NCBI GenBank assembly: GCA_963760125.1
Contig: CAVXBV010000007.1
Coordinates: 129,613-193,612, forward strand
Length of the DNA stretch: 64,000 bases
Reading direction: 5' to 3'
DNA from: an uncultured Actinomycetota bacterium
GTDB lineage: Bacteria; Actinomycetota; Actinomycetes; Mycobacteriales; SCTD01
A program made the translations under genes and the position numbers. Below the pieces are notes generated by a model. That model did not search any database, was not told the DNA's origin, and saw nothing but the letters and a program-made list of their open reading frames with translations. Positions 50,946 through 60,893 of this stretch are shown here, piece after piece (the first letter of the stretch is position 1; each line of letters opens with the position of its first letter).

Positions 50946-51968
50946 ATGCGAAGCGTCGTCGTCACCGGTCAGCACTCGGTCGAGGTGCAGACCCTGCCGG
51001 ACCCCGAGCTGCCCGGCCCCCGCGGCGCTGTCGTGAAGGTGGAGGCCACTGCGATCTGCGGTTCGGACCTGCACTTCTACGACGGGGACCTGGCGTTCTA
51101 CCCCGTGGCGGTGGGCCATGAGGTCGTCGGCACGGTGGTCGAGGTCGGGGCGGAGGTCCGACGTGTTCGGGTCGGGCAGCGGGTCCTGGTGGCGTCTGTC
51201 GCGGGCTGTGGCGACTGCCCCGGCTGCGCCACCGGCGACCCGGTCACCTGCCGGGCAGGAGCGAAGGTCTTCGGCGCAGGGGAGCTCGGCGGCGGGCAGG
51301 CGGAGCTGCTGGCCGTCCCCGCGGCGGACTTCCAGCTCCTGGCGATCCCCGACGGCGTCAGCGACGAGGCAGCCTTGCTGCTCACCGACAACCTGGCCAC
51401 GGGCTGGGCGGGTGCGCAGCGCGCCGACATCCCCCCGGGCGGCACGGTCGTGGTGCTCGGGCTCGGCGCGGTCGGGCTGTGCGCGGTCCGGTCGGCGCTG
51501 CGGCAAGGAGCCGGTCAGGTCCTGGCGGTCGACCCCGTCGCCGGCCGGCGGGCCAGGGCCGAGGCGTGCGGAGCTGTCGCTGTCGCGGGTCCGACGGTGG
51601 AGGGTGTTCTCGCGGCCACCGACGGCCGCGGCGCCGACGCGGTCATCGACGCGGTCGCCCTCGACCAGACGCTCGACGACGCCCTCGGCAGCGTCCGAGC
51701 CGGCGGGACGGTGTCGGTCATCGGCGTACACGGGCTCGACCCCTACCCGCTGGCCGCGCTCGACGGGTTGTTCCGCAGCCTGACGCTGCGGTTGACCACC
51801 GCCCCGGTGCAGCGCACCTGGGCGGAGCTGCTGCCCCTGGTCCAGCACGGCAGGTTGGACACCACGGGGATCTTCACCCACTCCTTCGGCCTCGAACAGG
51901 CCGCGGCCGCCTACGCCGCGGTCGCCGAGCGCAGTGCCGACTGCCTCAAGGTGGTGCTGAGGCCATGA
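50946..51968 (+). CDS. zinc-dependent alcohol dehydrogenase family protein
   Basis: Catalytic zinc motif AICGSDLH, structural-zinc Cys cluster CGDCPGCATGDPVTC and Rossmann motif VLGLGAVGL. Confidence 0.85.
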   Translation: MRSVVVTGQHSVEVQTLPDPELPGPRGAVVKVEATAICGSDLHFYDGDLAFYPVAVGHEVVGTVVEVGAEVRRVRVGQRVLVASVAGCGDCPGCATGDPVTCRAGAKVFGAGELGGGQAELLAVPAADFQLLAIPDGVSDEAALLLTDNLATGWAGAQRADIPPGGTVVVLGLGAVGLCAVRSALRQGAGQVLAVDPVAGRRARAEACGAVAVAGPTVEGVLAATDGRGADAVIDAVALDQTLDDALGSVRAGGTVSVIGVHGLDPYPLAALDGLFRSLTLRLTTAPVQRTWAELLPLVQHGRLDTTGIFTHSFGLEQAAAAYAAVAERSADCLKVVLRP

Positions 51969-52759
51969 ACGAGAACCCGTTGGGTGGCCGCCTCACCGGC
52001 AAGGTCGCGATCGTCACCGGCGCAGGTAGCGCCGGTACCGGCCTGGGCAACGGGCAGGCCGTCGCTCGGCGGCTCGCGGAGCAGGGGGCGCGGGTCGTCT
52101 GCGCGGACCTCGACCTGGCCCGGGCCGAGCAGACGGTCGAGCTCGCGGTGGCTGCGGGCGGGACAGCGATCGCCGTACAGGCAGACGCCACCGATCCCGA
52201 GAGCAACGCCGCCCTGGTCGCGGCAGCGACCGGCGCCTTCGGCCGGCTGGACGTGCTCGTCAACAACGTCGGCGCCGGATCGGCGACGGATCTCGCGGGC
52301 GTCACGCCGGAGGCGTGGGAGCAGGCGCTCCGCCTGAACGTCACCAGCGCGATGCTGTGCAGCCAGGCGGCTGCGCCTGCTCTTCGTGCGGCCGGTGGCG
52401 GATCGATCGTCAACATCGGCTCGACCGTGGCCGCGCGCTACGGCGGCCCGTGGAGCATGGCGTACGCCACCGCGAAGGCGGCGCTCGCCGGCCTGACCGT
52501 CAGCCTCGCCGGCCAGCTGGGCGCGGACCGGATCCGGGTGAACCTCCTGGTCGTGGGCTTCGTGTGGTCGTCCATGATCGAGCAGGCGGCGATCTTCCAG
52601 GGGCCCGACTGGCGGGAGGAACGCCGGCTGGCCGGGCTCCTGCCCGAGGAGGGCACGCCCTGGCACGTCGCGGATGCCGTGGCGTTCCTCGTCTCGGAGG
52701 AGTCGTGCTGGATCACCGGGCAGAGCCTGGTCCTGGACGGCGGCGCCTCCGCCCGCTGA
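51965..52759 (+). CDS. SDR family oxidoreductase
   Basis: TGAGSAGTGLG cofactor motif and YATAKAAL (YxxxK). ATGA overlap with the upstream ADH. Confidence 0.85.
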   Translation: MNENPLGGRLTGKVAIVTGAGSAGTGLGNGQAVARRLAEQGARVVCADLDLARAEQTVELAVAAGGTAIAVQADATDPESNAALVAAATGAFGRLDVLVNNVGAGSATDLAGVTPEAWEQALRLNVTSAMLCSQAAAPALRAAGGGSIVNIGSTVAARYGGPWSMAYATAKAALAGLTVSLAGQLGADRIRVNLLVVGFVWSSMIEQAAIFQGPDWREERRLAGLLPEEGTPWHVADAVAFLVSEESCWITGQSLVLDGGASAR

Positions 52760-52854
52760 CACCGGCGCGGTCGGTCCCGGGGCCGAGGTTCCCCAGGTGC
52801 GGGGACGTGCGGGAGCGGGTAGGAGCCAGTGATGACCACTCTGAGAGCACGTTG

Positions 52855-53067
52855 ATGGCGGGCCGCTACGCCCCTGGCGGCGACACCTTCCGGACGGCGC
52901 TGGTCGCGCTGGTCGTGGCCCTGCTCGTGGGTGTCGGCCTCGGCGTCCTCGCCGACGTCGGAGTCACCGCGGCCGTCGTGGCCGGGACCGTGACGGGAGC
53001 GCTGTCCACGGTTCTTGTCGGGCCTGCGAGAGACCGGCGGCCCGCCCGGAGCAACCGCTCCTCCTGA
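52855..53067 (+). CDS. hypothetical small membrane protein (70 aa)
   Basis: High GC3 in this frame and a hydrophobic core TALVALVVALLVGVGLGVLADVGVTAAVVAGTVTGALSTVLVG. No recognisable family. Confidence 0.4.
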   Translation: MAGRYAPGGDTFRTALVALVVALLVGVGLGVLADVGVTAAVVAGTVTGALSTVLVGPARDRRPARSNRSS

Positions 53068-53111
53068 CGTCGGCCCCTCCGCCACAGGGACCATCCGGCC
53101 AGGCGCGGCCA

Positions 53112-53750
53112 TCAGTCCCTGAGCAGTCCCGCCACCACGCGGGCCAGGAAGCGCTCCTCTGAGGGCGTCGTGCGGTCGGGTGGCAGTGCTGCGTCTCGGG
53201 GGTGGTAGAGGAAGTGGCTCAGCGTGGCTCCGGCGAGCACCTCCATGGCGGCGCCCGGTGTCGTGGTGGACGCCAGGTCCCCGCGCGCTGCCGCCCGGCG
53301 CAGCACGGTCAGGGCCGTGTCACGGCGCTGGCTGTGAAGGACCGACTCGAAGGACTCTGCCAGCTGCGTGTTGGTCCGCGCGTCCAGCATGAGGCGAAGG
53401 CCGACCATGCCGGACGGCACGAAGTACTCCAGCAGGAAGCGACGTGCGAGCGCCAGCAGGTCCTCGTGGCTGGAGCCGGTGTCGATCGGGTCCAGGCTTC
53501 TGGTGTTCGCCTGCACCGCCTGCGTCAGCAGGTCCTCCTTGGAGGTCCAGCGCCGGTAGATGGCCGCGTTACCGACGCCGGCGGTCCTGGCCACGGCATC
53601 CAGGGTGAAACCTGACCAGCCGCGCTCCGAGTACACGGCGATCGCGGCGTCGAAGACCCGCACCTCCATGTCCGGATCACGAGGACGACCTCGCGTCGCG
53701 AGCACGTCGCTCGTCATCCGCTTCATCCTGCCACGACTTACGGTGATCAT
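53112..53750 (-). CDS. TetR/AcrR family transcriptional regulator
   Basis: HTH FTLDAVARTAGVGNAAIYRRWTSKEDLL. It is divergent from the SDR-ADH-ALDH operon. The start may lie a few codons downstream of 53750. Confidence 0.85.
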   Translation of the reverse strand: MITVSRGRMKRMTSDVLATRGRPRDPDMEVRVFDAAIAVYSERGWSGFTLDAVARTAGVGNAAIYRRWTSKEDLLTQAVQANTRSLDPIDTGSSHEDLLALARRFLLEYFVPSGMVGLRLMLDARTNTQLAESFESVLHSQRRDTALTVLRRAAARGDLASTTTPGAAMEVLAGATLSHFLYHPRDAALPPDRTTPSEERFLARVVAGLLRD

Positions 53751-53760
53751 CCATCCGTAA
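53738..53760. promoter_or_regulatory. candidate TetR operator (inverted repeat) in the divergent promoter region
   Basis: TTACGG-N11-CCGTAA (TTACGGTGATCATCCATCCGTAA) is unusually AT-rich for this DNA. It sits between the 53750 TetR gene and the 53773 SDR gene. Confidence 0.3.
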
Positions 53761-53772
53761 TAGGGTCACGTC

Positions 53773-54600
53773 ATGCAGGACACCTCGCTGCCCCCGGCCG
53801 TGACCCAGGACCTTCTTGAGAAGTACGGCCCCTGGGCGGTGATCGCCGGTGGCTCCGAGGGAACGGGTCTGAGCTTTGCGCACGAGCTCGTGGCCGCAGG
53901 GATCCATGTCCTGCTGGTCTCCCGATCGGCGGAGGGACTGGCCTCCGCGGCGGCCGACCTCACCTCCCGGCACTCAGGCGCCGAGGTGCGGACGCTCGCG
54001 GCCGATCTCACCGATCCTGACGTGGCCGATCGGGTCGCCGAGGCCACGCACGACCTCGATGTCGGCCTGCTCATCGTCAACGCCGGAGCGAACACCCTGC
54101 GAGGCGACTTCCTCGACACGAGCCCCGACGAGGTCGCTCGGTTGCTGGCCCTGAGCATCACCACTCCTCTTGAGCTCATCCGACGCTTCGCGCCCGCGAT
54201 GCGGGACCGCGGCCGCGGCGGCGTGCTGCTGGTCGGGTCCCTCGCCGGCTACATCGGGCACAGCGACATGACGATCTACTCCGGCGCGAAGGCGTTCGGC
54301 CGGGTCTTCGCCGAGGGGCTCTGGCTCGAGCTGAAGGCGGTCGGTGTGGACGTCCTGCACCTGGTCCTCGGGGTGACGCGGACGCCGGCGATGGAGCGGG
54401 GCGGTCTACGGCTCGACCTGCCCGGTCTCGTCGTGGCGGACCCCGCCGAGGTCGCGCGTGAGGGCCTCGCCCACCTCGCGGACGGTCCGGTTTGGGTGAT
54501 GAGCGGCAACGACCAGATCGTCGCTCACCACTCCGGGACCGATCGCGCAGCCCTGGTCTCTCGGCAGGACCGGGTGACCCGCAAGCTCACGGGCCGATGA
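53773..54600 (+). CDS. SDR family NAD(P)-dependent oxidoreductase
   Basis: VIAGGSEGTGLSFA cofactor motif and YSGAKAF (YxxxK). Confidence 0.85.
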   Translation: MQDTSLPPAVTQDLLEKYGPWAVIAGGSEGTGLSFAHELVAAGIHVLLVSRSAEGLASAAADLTSRHSGAEVRTLAADLTDPDVADRVAEATHDLDVGLLIVNAGANTLRGDFLDTSPDEVARLLALSITTPLELIRRFAPAMRDRGRGGVLLVGSLAGYIGHSDMTIYSGAKAFGRVFAEGLWLELKAVGVDVLHLVLGVTRTPAMERGGLRLDLPGLVVADPAEVAREGLAHLADGPVWVMSGNDQIVAHHSGTDRAALVSRQDRVTRKLTGR

Positions 54601-54723
54601 CGGCGCCCTAGGAGTTGACGACGGGCCAGGGCCGGGACACGGTCATGGGAGCACGGTGAGAACGGCGGGGCGCTGTGCCGCCCGGTTCGGCTCTCCTCGT
54701 CCCGCCACGGCTGAAGGGGATGG

Positions 54724-55848
54724 ATGAAGACCAAGGGCGCGGTCCTGTGGGGCGTGAAGGAGGAGTGGTCGGTCGAGGAGATCGATCTCGGTGACCCGGT
54801 CGCGGGGGAGGTGCAGGTGCGCCTTGCGGCGTCGGGCCTCTGCCACTCCGATGAGCACCTCGTGACGGGTGCGAGCCCCTCTGGCTTCCCGGTCCTGGGT
54901 GGCCACGAGGGTGCGGGGATCGTCACCAAGGTCGGGCGCGGTGTCACGTCCCTCCAGGAAGGTGATCATGTCGTCCTGGCCTTCATCCCGGCCTGCGGGA
55001 CGTGCCCGCCGTGCTCGAACGGGCACCAGAACCTCTGTGACCTCGGTGCCTTCTTGATGACCGGTACGGCGATCGCGGACGGTACGCATCGCGCGTCCGC
55101 CAAGGGGCAGGGTCTGACGCCGATGTGCCTGCTCGGCGCGTTCTCGCCGTACGTCACGGTGCACGAGTCGTCCGCGGTGAAGATCGAGGACGACATCCCG
55201 CTGGACAAGGCCGCCCTGGTGGGCTGTGGCGTCACGACCGGCTGGGGTTCCGCCACCAAGGTCGCGGACGTCCGTCCGGGGGAAACGGTCGTGGTGATCG
55301 GTGTCGGCGGCGTCGGGATCAACGCCGTGCAGGGCGCGGTGGCCGCCGGGGCCAAGCGCGTCATCGCGATCGACCCCGTCGGCTTCAAGCGCGACCAGGC
55401 GATCGCCTTCGGCGCCACCGACGCCTACGCCGGCGCCGAGGAGGCCAAGGAGCCGATCGGTGCGCTCACCTGGGGACGGATGGCGGAGAAGGCCATCCTC
55501 ACCGTGGGTCACCTACGGGGCGAGCAGGTTGAGGAAGCGATGGGCCTCATCGGCAAGGGCGGCCGCGTGGTCGTGACCGGCATGGGCAACGCGCTGGACA
55601 TGGACGTGAAGCTCAACCTGTTCCTCTTCACCCTGCTGCAAAAGGACCTGCAGGGCGCCATCTTCGGCGGCTGCAACCCCCGGTTCGACATACCGTGGCT
55701 GCTGTCGATGTACCGCGAAGGTCGACTGAAACTCGACGAGCTCATCACCACCACCTACGCCCTGGAAGACATCAACCAGGGGTACTCCGACCTGCGTGCC
55801 GGTAAGAACCTGCGCGGCATGATCCTCTTCGACGAGAAGGACTACTGA
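54724..55848 (+). CDS. NDMA-dependent-type (class III-like) zinc alcohol dehydrogenase
   Basis: [25 protein letters not shown]...GLCHSDEH and [12 protein letters not shown] resemble the actinobacterial nicotinoprotein/NDMA-dependent ADH group. Confidence 0.85.
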   Translation: MKTKGAVLWGVKEEWSVEEIDLGDPVAGEVQVRLAASGLCHSDEHLVTGASPSGFPVLGGHEGAGIVTKVGRGVTSLQEGDHVVLAFIPACGTCPPCSNGHQNLCDLGAFLMTGTAIADGTHRASAKGQGLTPMCLLGAFSPYVTVHESSAVKIEDDIPLDKAALVGCGVTTGWGSATKVADVRPGETVVVIGVGGVGINAVQGAVAAGAKRVIAIDPVGFKRDQAIAFGATDAYAGAEEAKEPIGALTWGRMAEKAILTVGHLRGEQVEEAMGLIGKGGRVVVTGMGNALDMDVKLNLFLFTLLQKDLQGAIFGGCNPRFDIPWLLSMYREGRLKLDELITTTYALEDINQGYSDLRAGKNLRGMILFDEKDY

Positions 55849-57266
55849 TGACCCTGGACCGCAGCATGCTCTATGTCGACGGAGCCTGGATCGCCTCCAC
55901 CGACGCCGCGACCATCGACGTGATCAACCCGGCGACCGAGCAGCTCATCGGTCAGGTCGCGAAGGGAAGCGTCGAGGACGTCGACAAGGCCGTGACCGCC
56001 GCCCGCAAGGCCTTCGACGGCTGGGCAGCCACCCCGCCGGCCGAGCGTGCCGACATCCTGCAGCGGGCGTCCGAGCTGATGACCAAGCGCACCGAGGAGA
56101 TCGGTCAGCTCATCGCCGATGACATGGGGATGCCGCTCGGTTTCGCGAAGATGATCCAGGTGGGGTTGCCGACCTTCAACCTCGGCAACTTCGCCGCGCT
56201 GGCGCGGGAGTTCGCTTTCGACTCCGAGGAGATCGGCAACTCGCTCATCGTCCGCGAGCCGGTCGGTGTCGTCGCCTGCATCACGCCCTGGAACTACCCG
56301 CTGCACCAGGTGGTCCTCAAGGTCGGTGCTGCGCTCGCGGCCGGCTGCACGGTGGTCGTCAAGCCGTCCGAGGTCGCGCCGCTGGCGATCTACGCCCTGG
56401 CCGAGATCCTCGACGAGGCGGGTCTTCCGGCGGGTGTCTTCAACCTGGTCAGCGGCTACGGTGACCCCGTCGGCGAGGCGCTCGTGACGCACCCCGAGGT
56501 GGACATGGTGTCCTTCACCGGCTCCACCCGGGCCGGGACGCGGATCGCCGAGCTGGCCGGCAAGCAGGTCAAGCGCGTCGCCCTCGAGCTCGGTGGCAAG
56601 TCCGCCAACGTCATCCTGGACGACGCTGACCTGGCCAAGGCGGTCAGCGACGGCGTGGGGATGTGCTACCTCAACTCCGGACAGACCTGCTCAGCGCTCA
56701 CCCGGATGCTGGTCCCCGCCGACAAGCTGGCCGAGGCCGAGCAGATCGCCACAGCCACCGCCGCAGCGTTCCTGGTCGGCGACCCGAACGACCCGACGTC
56801 AAAGCTCGGACCGCTGGTCAGCAGCGCCCAGCTGGACCGGGTGCGCGCCTACATCGCCAAGGGCATCGAGGAAGGCGCGACGCTCGTCACCGGCGGTGCC
56901 GACAAGGTCGGTGACACCGGCTACTACGTCGCGCCCACGATCTTCTCGGGCGTCACGACCGAGATGACGATCGCGCAGGAGGAGATCTTCGGCCCGGTGC
57001 TCGTCATGATGCCGTACGCCGACGAGGACGAGGCGATCCGCATCGCCAACGACAGCGAGTACGGCCTCGCGGGTGCGGTGTGGTCCGGCGATCCCGACCG
57101 CGCGCTACGCGTGGCGAAGCGGCTCCGGACCGGGCAGGTCGCCGTCAACGGTGGCGCCTTCAACCCGGCGGCGCCCTTCGGCGGGTACAAGAAGTCGGGC
57201 ATCGGGCGCGAAGGTGGCACGTTCGGCCTCGAGGAGTTCCTCGAGACCAAGTCCATCCAGCGGTAG
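55848..57266 (+). CDS. aldehyde dehydrogenase family protein
   Basis: ELGGKSA glutamate motif and catalytic Cys in GQTCSA. TGATG overlap with the ADH. Confidence 0.9.
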   Translation: MTLDRSMLYVDGAWIASTDAATIDVINPATEQLIGQVAKGSVEDVDKAVTAARKAFDGWAATPPAERADILQRASELMTKRTEEIGQLIADDMGMPLGFAKMIQVGLPTFNLGNFAALAREFAFDSEEIGNSLIVREPVGVVACITPWNYPLHQVVLKVGAALAAGCTVVVKPSEVAPLAIYALAEILDEAGLPAGVFNLVSGYGDPVGEALVTHPEVDMVSFTGSTRAGTRIAELAGKQVKRVALELGGKSANVILDDADLAKAVSDGVGMCYLNSGQTCSALTRMLVPADKLAEAEQIATATAAAFLVGDPNDPTSKLGPLVSSAQLDRVRAYIAKGIEEGATLVTGGADKVGDTGYYVAPTIFSGVTTEMTIAQEEIFGPVLVMMPYADEDEAIRIANDSEYGLAGAVWSGDPDRALRVAKRLRTGQVAVNGGAFNPAAPFGGYKKSGIGREGGTFGLEEFLETKSIQR

Positions 57267-57267
57267 C

Positions 57268-57307
57268 GCTGACGGGCCGCACCGTGGGCCGACGCGGTGC
57301 CGTCAGC
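57268..57307 (+). terminator. stem-loop after the aldehyde dehydrogenase gene
   Basis: GCTGACGG (57268-57275) pairs with CCGTCAGC (57300-57307), with an inner CACCG/CGGTG stem. It starts 2 nt after the stop and has no U-tract. Confidence 0.35.
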
Positions 57308-57442
57308 TCACGGTGCGGGCTTGGCAGTCTTCGCGGACGAGAAGATTGCGGAGGAGTTGCATCCGTAATACTCTCAAAGAGTGAATCCGTCAGGCGAGGC
57401 GCAGCGACCACGCGCAGCCCGAGCACCGGATGAGGCGGGTTC

Positions 57443-59056
57443 GTGTACCCAAACCGAGCGTTGCTGACGACCGGCCGCCGGCTGCTGGTGATCGGCGCCC
57501 TGCTCGCGACCGCCGCAGCCCCGCTCGCCGGTAGCTCGCGTGCCGCGACGGAGCCCTCGCTGGCAGCCACCCCGAAGGCCTCCTGCGGACCCGGATCGCT
57601 TCCGGAGACAGCGGCGCAGGGGCGCGCACCAGCAGCGGACTTCGCGAGCGGGCGGGCGGCCAAGGGTTACACCTGCAATACCCGAGAGGTCAGCCACGTC
57701 GGCGAGACCGCAGGGTTCAAGGTGTTCCGCTACGCCGACACCACCGGTCACGTCTGCGCCTACTACGACTCGACGGGAACGTTCCCGACGGACGTGCCGG
57801 GCAACGCGGGCAAGGACGGGCTCGGCGTGATCGTGCTCGACATGTCGAACCCGGCCGCGCCGCGCAGGGTCGCCAACCTCACGACGCCCGCGATGCTCAC
57901 GCCGCACGAGTCGCTGCAGCTCAACGACCGGCGTGGCCTGCTCGCCGCCGTCGCGGGGAACGCGTTGAGCTACCCGGGCGTCGTCGACGTGTACGACCTC
58001 ACCCAGGACTGCCGGGCGCCGCGGTTGCTCTCCAGTACCCCCTTCGGCGTCTTGGGGCACGAGAGCGCCATGTCGCCGGACGGACTGACGTTCTACGTCT
58101 CGTCAGCGGCAGCGCACACCGTGGCCGCCGTCGACCTGACCGACCCCGAGGTGCCCGGCCTGCTCTGGTTCAAGACCGGGCCGTTCTACCACGGGATGTC
58201 GGTCAGCGACGACGGTCGCCGCCTCTACGCCGCCAACGACGAGTTCACGAACCCCACCTCGGGCGTCGACATCCTGGACGTCAGCCAGATCCAGGAACGC
58301 GTGCTCAACCCGCAGGTACCGATCATCAGCTCGGTGACGTGGTCGAGCAAGTCGATCCCTCAGGTGCCCATCCCCATCACCGTCGGGAAGCACAAGTACC
58401 TCATCGAGGTGGACGAGTTCAGCAGCACCGCTGACCTGGTCGGCGCGGCACGCATCATCAACATCGACGACGAGCGTAAGGCCCGCGTCGTCGCCAACCT
58501 CCGCCTGCAGGTCAACCAGCCCGCAGACCGCGCCGGGCAGAAGGGCGACCCCGGCGCGTCGAACAGCCAGTTCGGCGGGTACGCCGCGCACTACTGCGCC
58601 GTGCCGCGTCGCAACGATCCGGGGCTTGTGGCCTGCACGTTCATCCTCTCGGGACTGCGCGTCTTCGACATCCGCGACCCCGAGCGCCCGCGCGAGGTCG
58701 CCTACTTCAACAAGCCCCCGCCCGGGGGCAGTGGTGCCCTGGCCGCCCCCGCGTGGGACGTGGCCCGTCGCCAGGTCTGGTTCAGCGACACGAAGTCCGG
58801 CTTCCGCGCCGTGCAGCTCACCAACGACGTCGGCGGCCTGCTCGACCTGCCACGCACCGGCGCGCCCGCCAAGCCCGCAGGCAGCCGTCCCGAACGCGCT
58901 CCGGTGACCGCCACGCCACCCGCAGCCCCGAGCTCGCCTGGCCTTCCCGTCACGGGGATGTCGGCCATCCTCGCCGCGGGGGCGCTTCTGCTGCTCGGTG
59001 CTTCCCTGCTCGCCCAGCGCCGCCGCACCACTGCTCAGCTCCGCCGCCGTTCCTGA
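57443..59056 (+). CDS. LPXTG cell-wall-anchored protein with a beta-propeller (LVIVD-repeat-like) body
   Basis: N-terminal signal peptide. The C-terminal sorting signal is LPVTG, then a hydrophobic helix, then RRRTTAQLRRRS. Internal GLGVIVLDMSNP / VVDVYDL repeats are typical of LVIVD propellers. Confidence 0.75.
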   Translation: MYPNRALLTTGRRLLVIGALLATAAAPLAGSSRAATEPSLAATPKASCGPGSLPETAAQGRAPAADFASGRAAKGYTCNTREVSHVGETAGFKVFRYADTTGHVCAYYDSTGTFPTDVPGNAGKDGLGVIVLDMSNPAAPRRVANLTTPAMLTPHESLQLNDRRGLLAAVAGNALSYPGVVDVYDLTQDCRAPRLLSSTPFGVLGHESAMSPDGLTFYVSSAAAHTVAAVDLTDPEVPGLLWFKTGPFYHGMSVSDDGRRLYAANDEFTNPTSGVDILDVSQIQERVLNPQVPIISSVTWSSKSIPQVPIPITVGKHKYLIEVDEFSSTADLVGAARIINIDDERKARVVANLRLQVNQPADRAGQKGDPGASNSQFGGYAAHYCAVPRRNDPGLVACTFILSGLRVFDIRDPERPREVAYFNKPPPGGSGALAAPAWDVARRQVWFSDTKSGFRAVQLTNDVGGLLDLPRTGAPAKPAGSRPERAPVTATPPAAPSSPGLPVTGMSAILAAGALLLLGASLLAQRRRTTAQLRRRS

Positions 59057-59079
59057 TCGCCACCCTGCAGGAGAACTTC

Positions 59080-60837
59080 GTGATCCGTCGTCTCGCTCTC
59101 GGCCTGGTCGTCCTCGTGTCGACCGCGGTCGCGATGCCCAGTGGTGCGGCGCAGGCCTGGACCCCGCGCCCAGCGACCTTCGAGGTCTCCGTGACCAAGG
59201 ACGTGCCGATCACCGTCAGCGATGGCACGACGCTGACCGCCGACGTCTACCGCCCTGCGGGCAGGGACGGACGCCCGGCGGCGGGTCGCTTCCCGACCCT
59301 GGTGGTGCAGACGCCGTACAACAAGGACCAGCAGAAGGTGCACAGCGAGTACCTCGTGCGGCGCGGGTACGTCGACGTCGTCGTCGACGTGCGGGGGACC
59401 GGTGGCTCGGGTGGCACGTTCAACAGCTTCGATGCGCCGCAGCAGCAGGACGGCAAGGACGTCGTCGGTTGGGCCGCAGCGCAACCGTGGTCCACCGGCC
59501 GCGTGGGCCTGCACGGGACGTCGTACTACGGCATCAACCAGTTGCTCACTGCTGCGCTGCAACCGCCTGCGCTGAAGGCCATCTTCCCCGTCGTACCGAC
59601 CGGGGACAACTACCGCACCACCGTCCCGGGCGGGCGGCTGACGAGCCTCGCAGCCTTCTCGCTGCTGTATGCCACCAACGGGGCGACCCCGCCGGGGTAC
59701 ACCGGCAGCGACCCCGTGCGCGCCGCCGGAACCGTCGGAACGCGGCCGGGCAACGTGCTGGGCGCAGTGAACTACAACGTCACGACCGCGGCAGGTGGCG
59801 TCGGCGCCTACGACGGCCCGTACTACCGCAACATGTCGCCGCTGTGGAAGATCGACCGGATCAAGACCCCCACGTTCCTCGTCGGTGGTTGGTACGACGC
59901 CCTGAGCCAGCGGGACGCGCCCTTGCTCTTCCGGGAGCTGCAGCGTCGCAACGTTCCGGTGAAGCTCGTGATGGGTCCCTGGTACCACACGACTCCGGGT
60001 AAGGGCCTGCCGGCGCAGGGCGTGCCGGTGCTCGACGAGCTGCAGCTGCGGTGGTTCGACCGCTACGTGCGCGGCAATGCAGATCCGGGGCTGGCTGCCT
60101 TTCCTGCCGTGAACTACCACCGGGTGGGCGAGGGCCGCTTCCACGCCGTTGGCACCTGGCCGGCGCCTGGGATCGCGTGGACCAAGCTGGCGCTCAGCAG
60201 TGGGGGAGCGCTCACCACCGGCACCGGGTCAGGTCCCGCGGACTCCCTGGTGGCACAACCGCTGTCGGGGGCGTGCACCCGTTCGACCGCCATCGGCACC
60301 TTCGGCCTCGCGCCGTCCACGCCGTGCGAAACCGACAACTCCAGCAACGACCGCACGGGGGTCACCTACGACCTCCCGTTGAAGGCACCGCTGGATCTCA
60401 CCGGACCGCTCAGCGCTCGGCTGTTCGTCTCCACCACAGGTGCCGACGCGTTCGTGACCTTGCGGGTCGAGGACGTCGACCCCGCCACCGGCGCGGCCAA
60501 CGAGATCACCGCCGGCTGGGACACGCTGTCCTTCAGGGCGCTCGACCCCCAGCGCACCGAGCGACTGGGGACGGCCGGCCAGCTTCCGTTTCACCCGTAC
60601 ACCAAGGATTCCGTCCAAGAGGTGAAGGCGGGCGCTGTCTACGACTGGTCGGTGGAGCTGCGACCGATCGCCGCGCGGGTGGCCGCTGGCCACGTGCTTC
60701 GGCTGTCGATCCAGACCTCTGACGTGGTGCGGTTCGTCCCGAACGGTCCGGCGCTGGCCCGGACGACGGGATCGGTCGTGAGCATCCATCACGATGATCA
60801 GCGCCCTTCGGCGCTGATCATCCCCGTCACGCGGTAG
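59080..60837 (+). CDS. CocE/NonD family hydrolase (X-Pro dipeptidyl-peptidase S15-like), secreted
   Basis: Signal peptide VIRRLALGLVVLVSTAVAMPSGAAQA, the motif QTPYNK...DVRGTGGSGG and the nucleophile motif HGTSYYG. The GTG start at 59080 is preceded by CAGGAGA. Confidence 0.85.
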   Translation: MIRRLALGLVVLVSTAVAMPSGAAQAWTPRPATFEVSVTKDVPITVSDGTTLTADVYRPAGRDGRPAAGRFPTLVVQTPYNKDQQKVHSEYLVRRGYVDVVVDVRGTGGSGGTFNSFDAPQQQDGKDVVGWAAAQPWSTGRVGLHGTSYYGINQLLTAALQPPALKAIFPVVPTGDNYRTTVPGGRLTSLAAFSLLYATNGATPPGYTGSDPVRAAGTVGTRPGNVLGAVNYNVTTAAGGVGAYDGPYYRNMSPLWKIDRIKTPTFLVGGWYDALSQRDAPLLFRELQRRNVPVKLVMGPWYHTTPGKGLPAQGVPVLDELQLRWFDRYVRGNADPGLAAFPAVNYHRVGEGRFHAVGTWPAPGIAWTKLALSSGGALTTGTGSGPADSLVAQPLSGACTRSTAIGTFGLAPSTPCETDNSSNDRTGVTYDLPLKAPLDLTGPLSARLFVSTTGADAFVTLRVEDVDPATGAANEITAGWDTLSFRALDPQRTERLGTAGQLPFHPYTKDSVQEVKAGAVYDWSVELRPIAARVAAGHVLRLSIQTSDVVRFVPNGPALARTTGSVVSIHHDDQRPSALIIPVTR

Positions 60838-60893
60838 GCGTTCTGGCACCGCACGGTCGACGGCTTCTCGCGGCGGTTCAGCCAGCTGAGCGC

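Noticed and set aside
53752-53762. The 11-mer CATCCGTAATA is shared between the TetR/SDR promoter (53752) and the region upstream of the LPXTG gene (57360), hinting at a common operator
   Set aside because: An 11-nt exact match is expected many times by chance in 64 kb on two strands, and the flanking sequence is not similar.
48214-57307. Calling the post-tRNA-Ala cluster a genomic island or mobile element
   Set aside because: There is no integrase, transposase or direct repeat of the tRNA 3' end in the window. It is kept only as an accessory-looking cluster.
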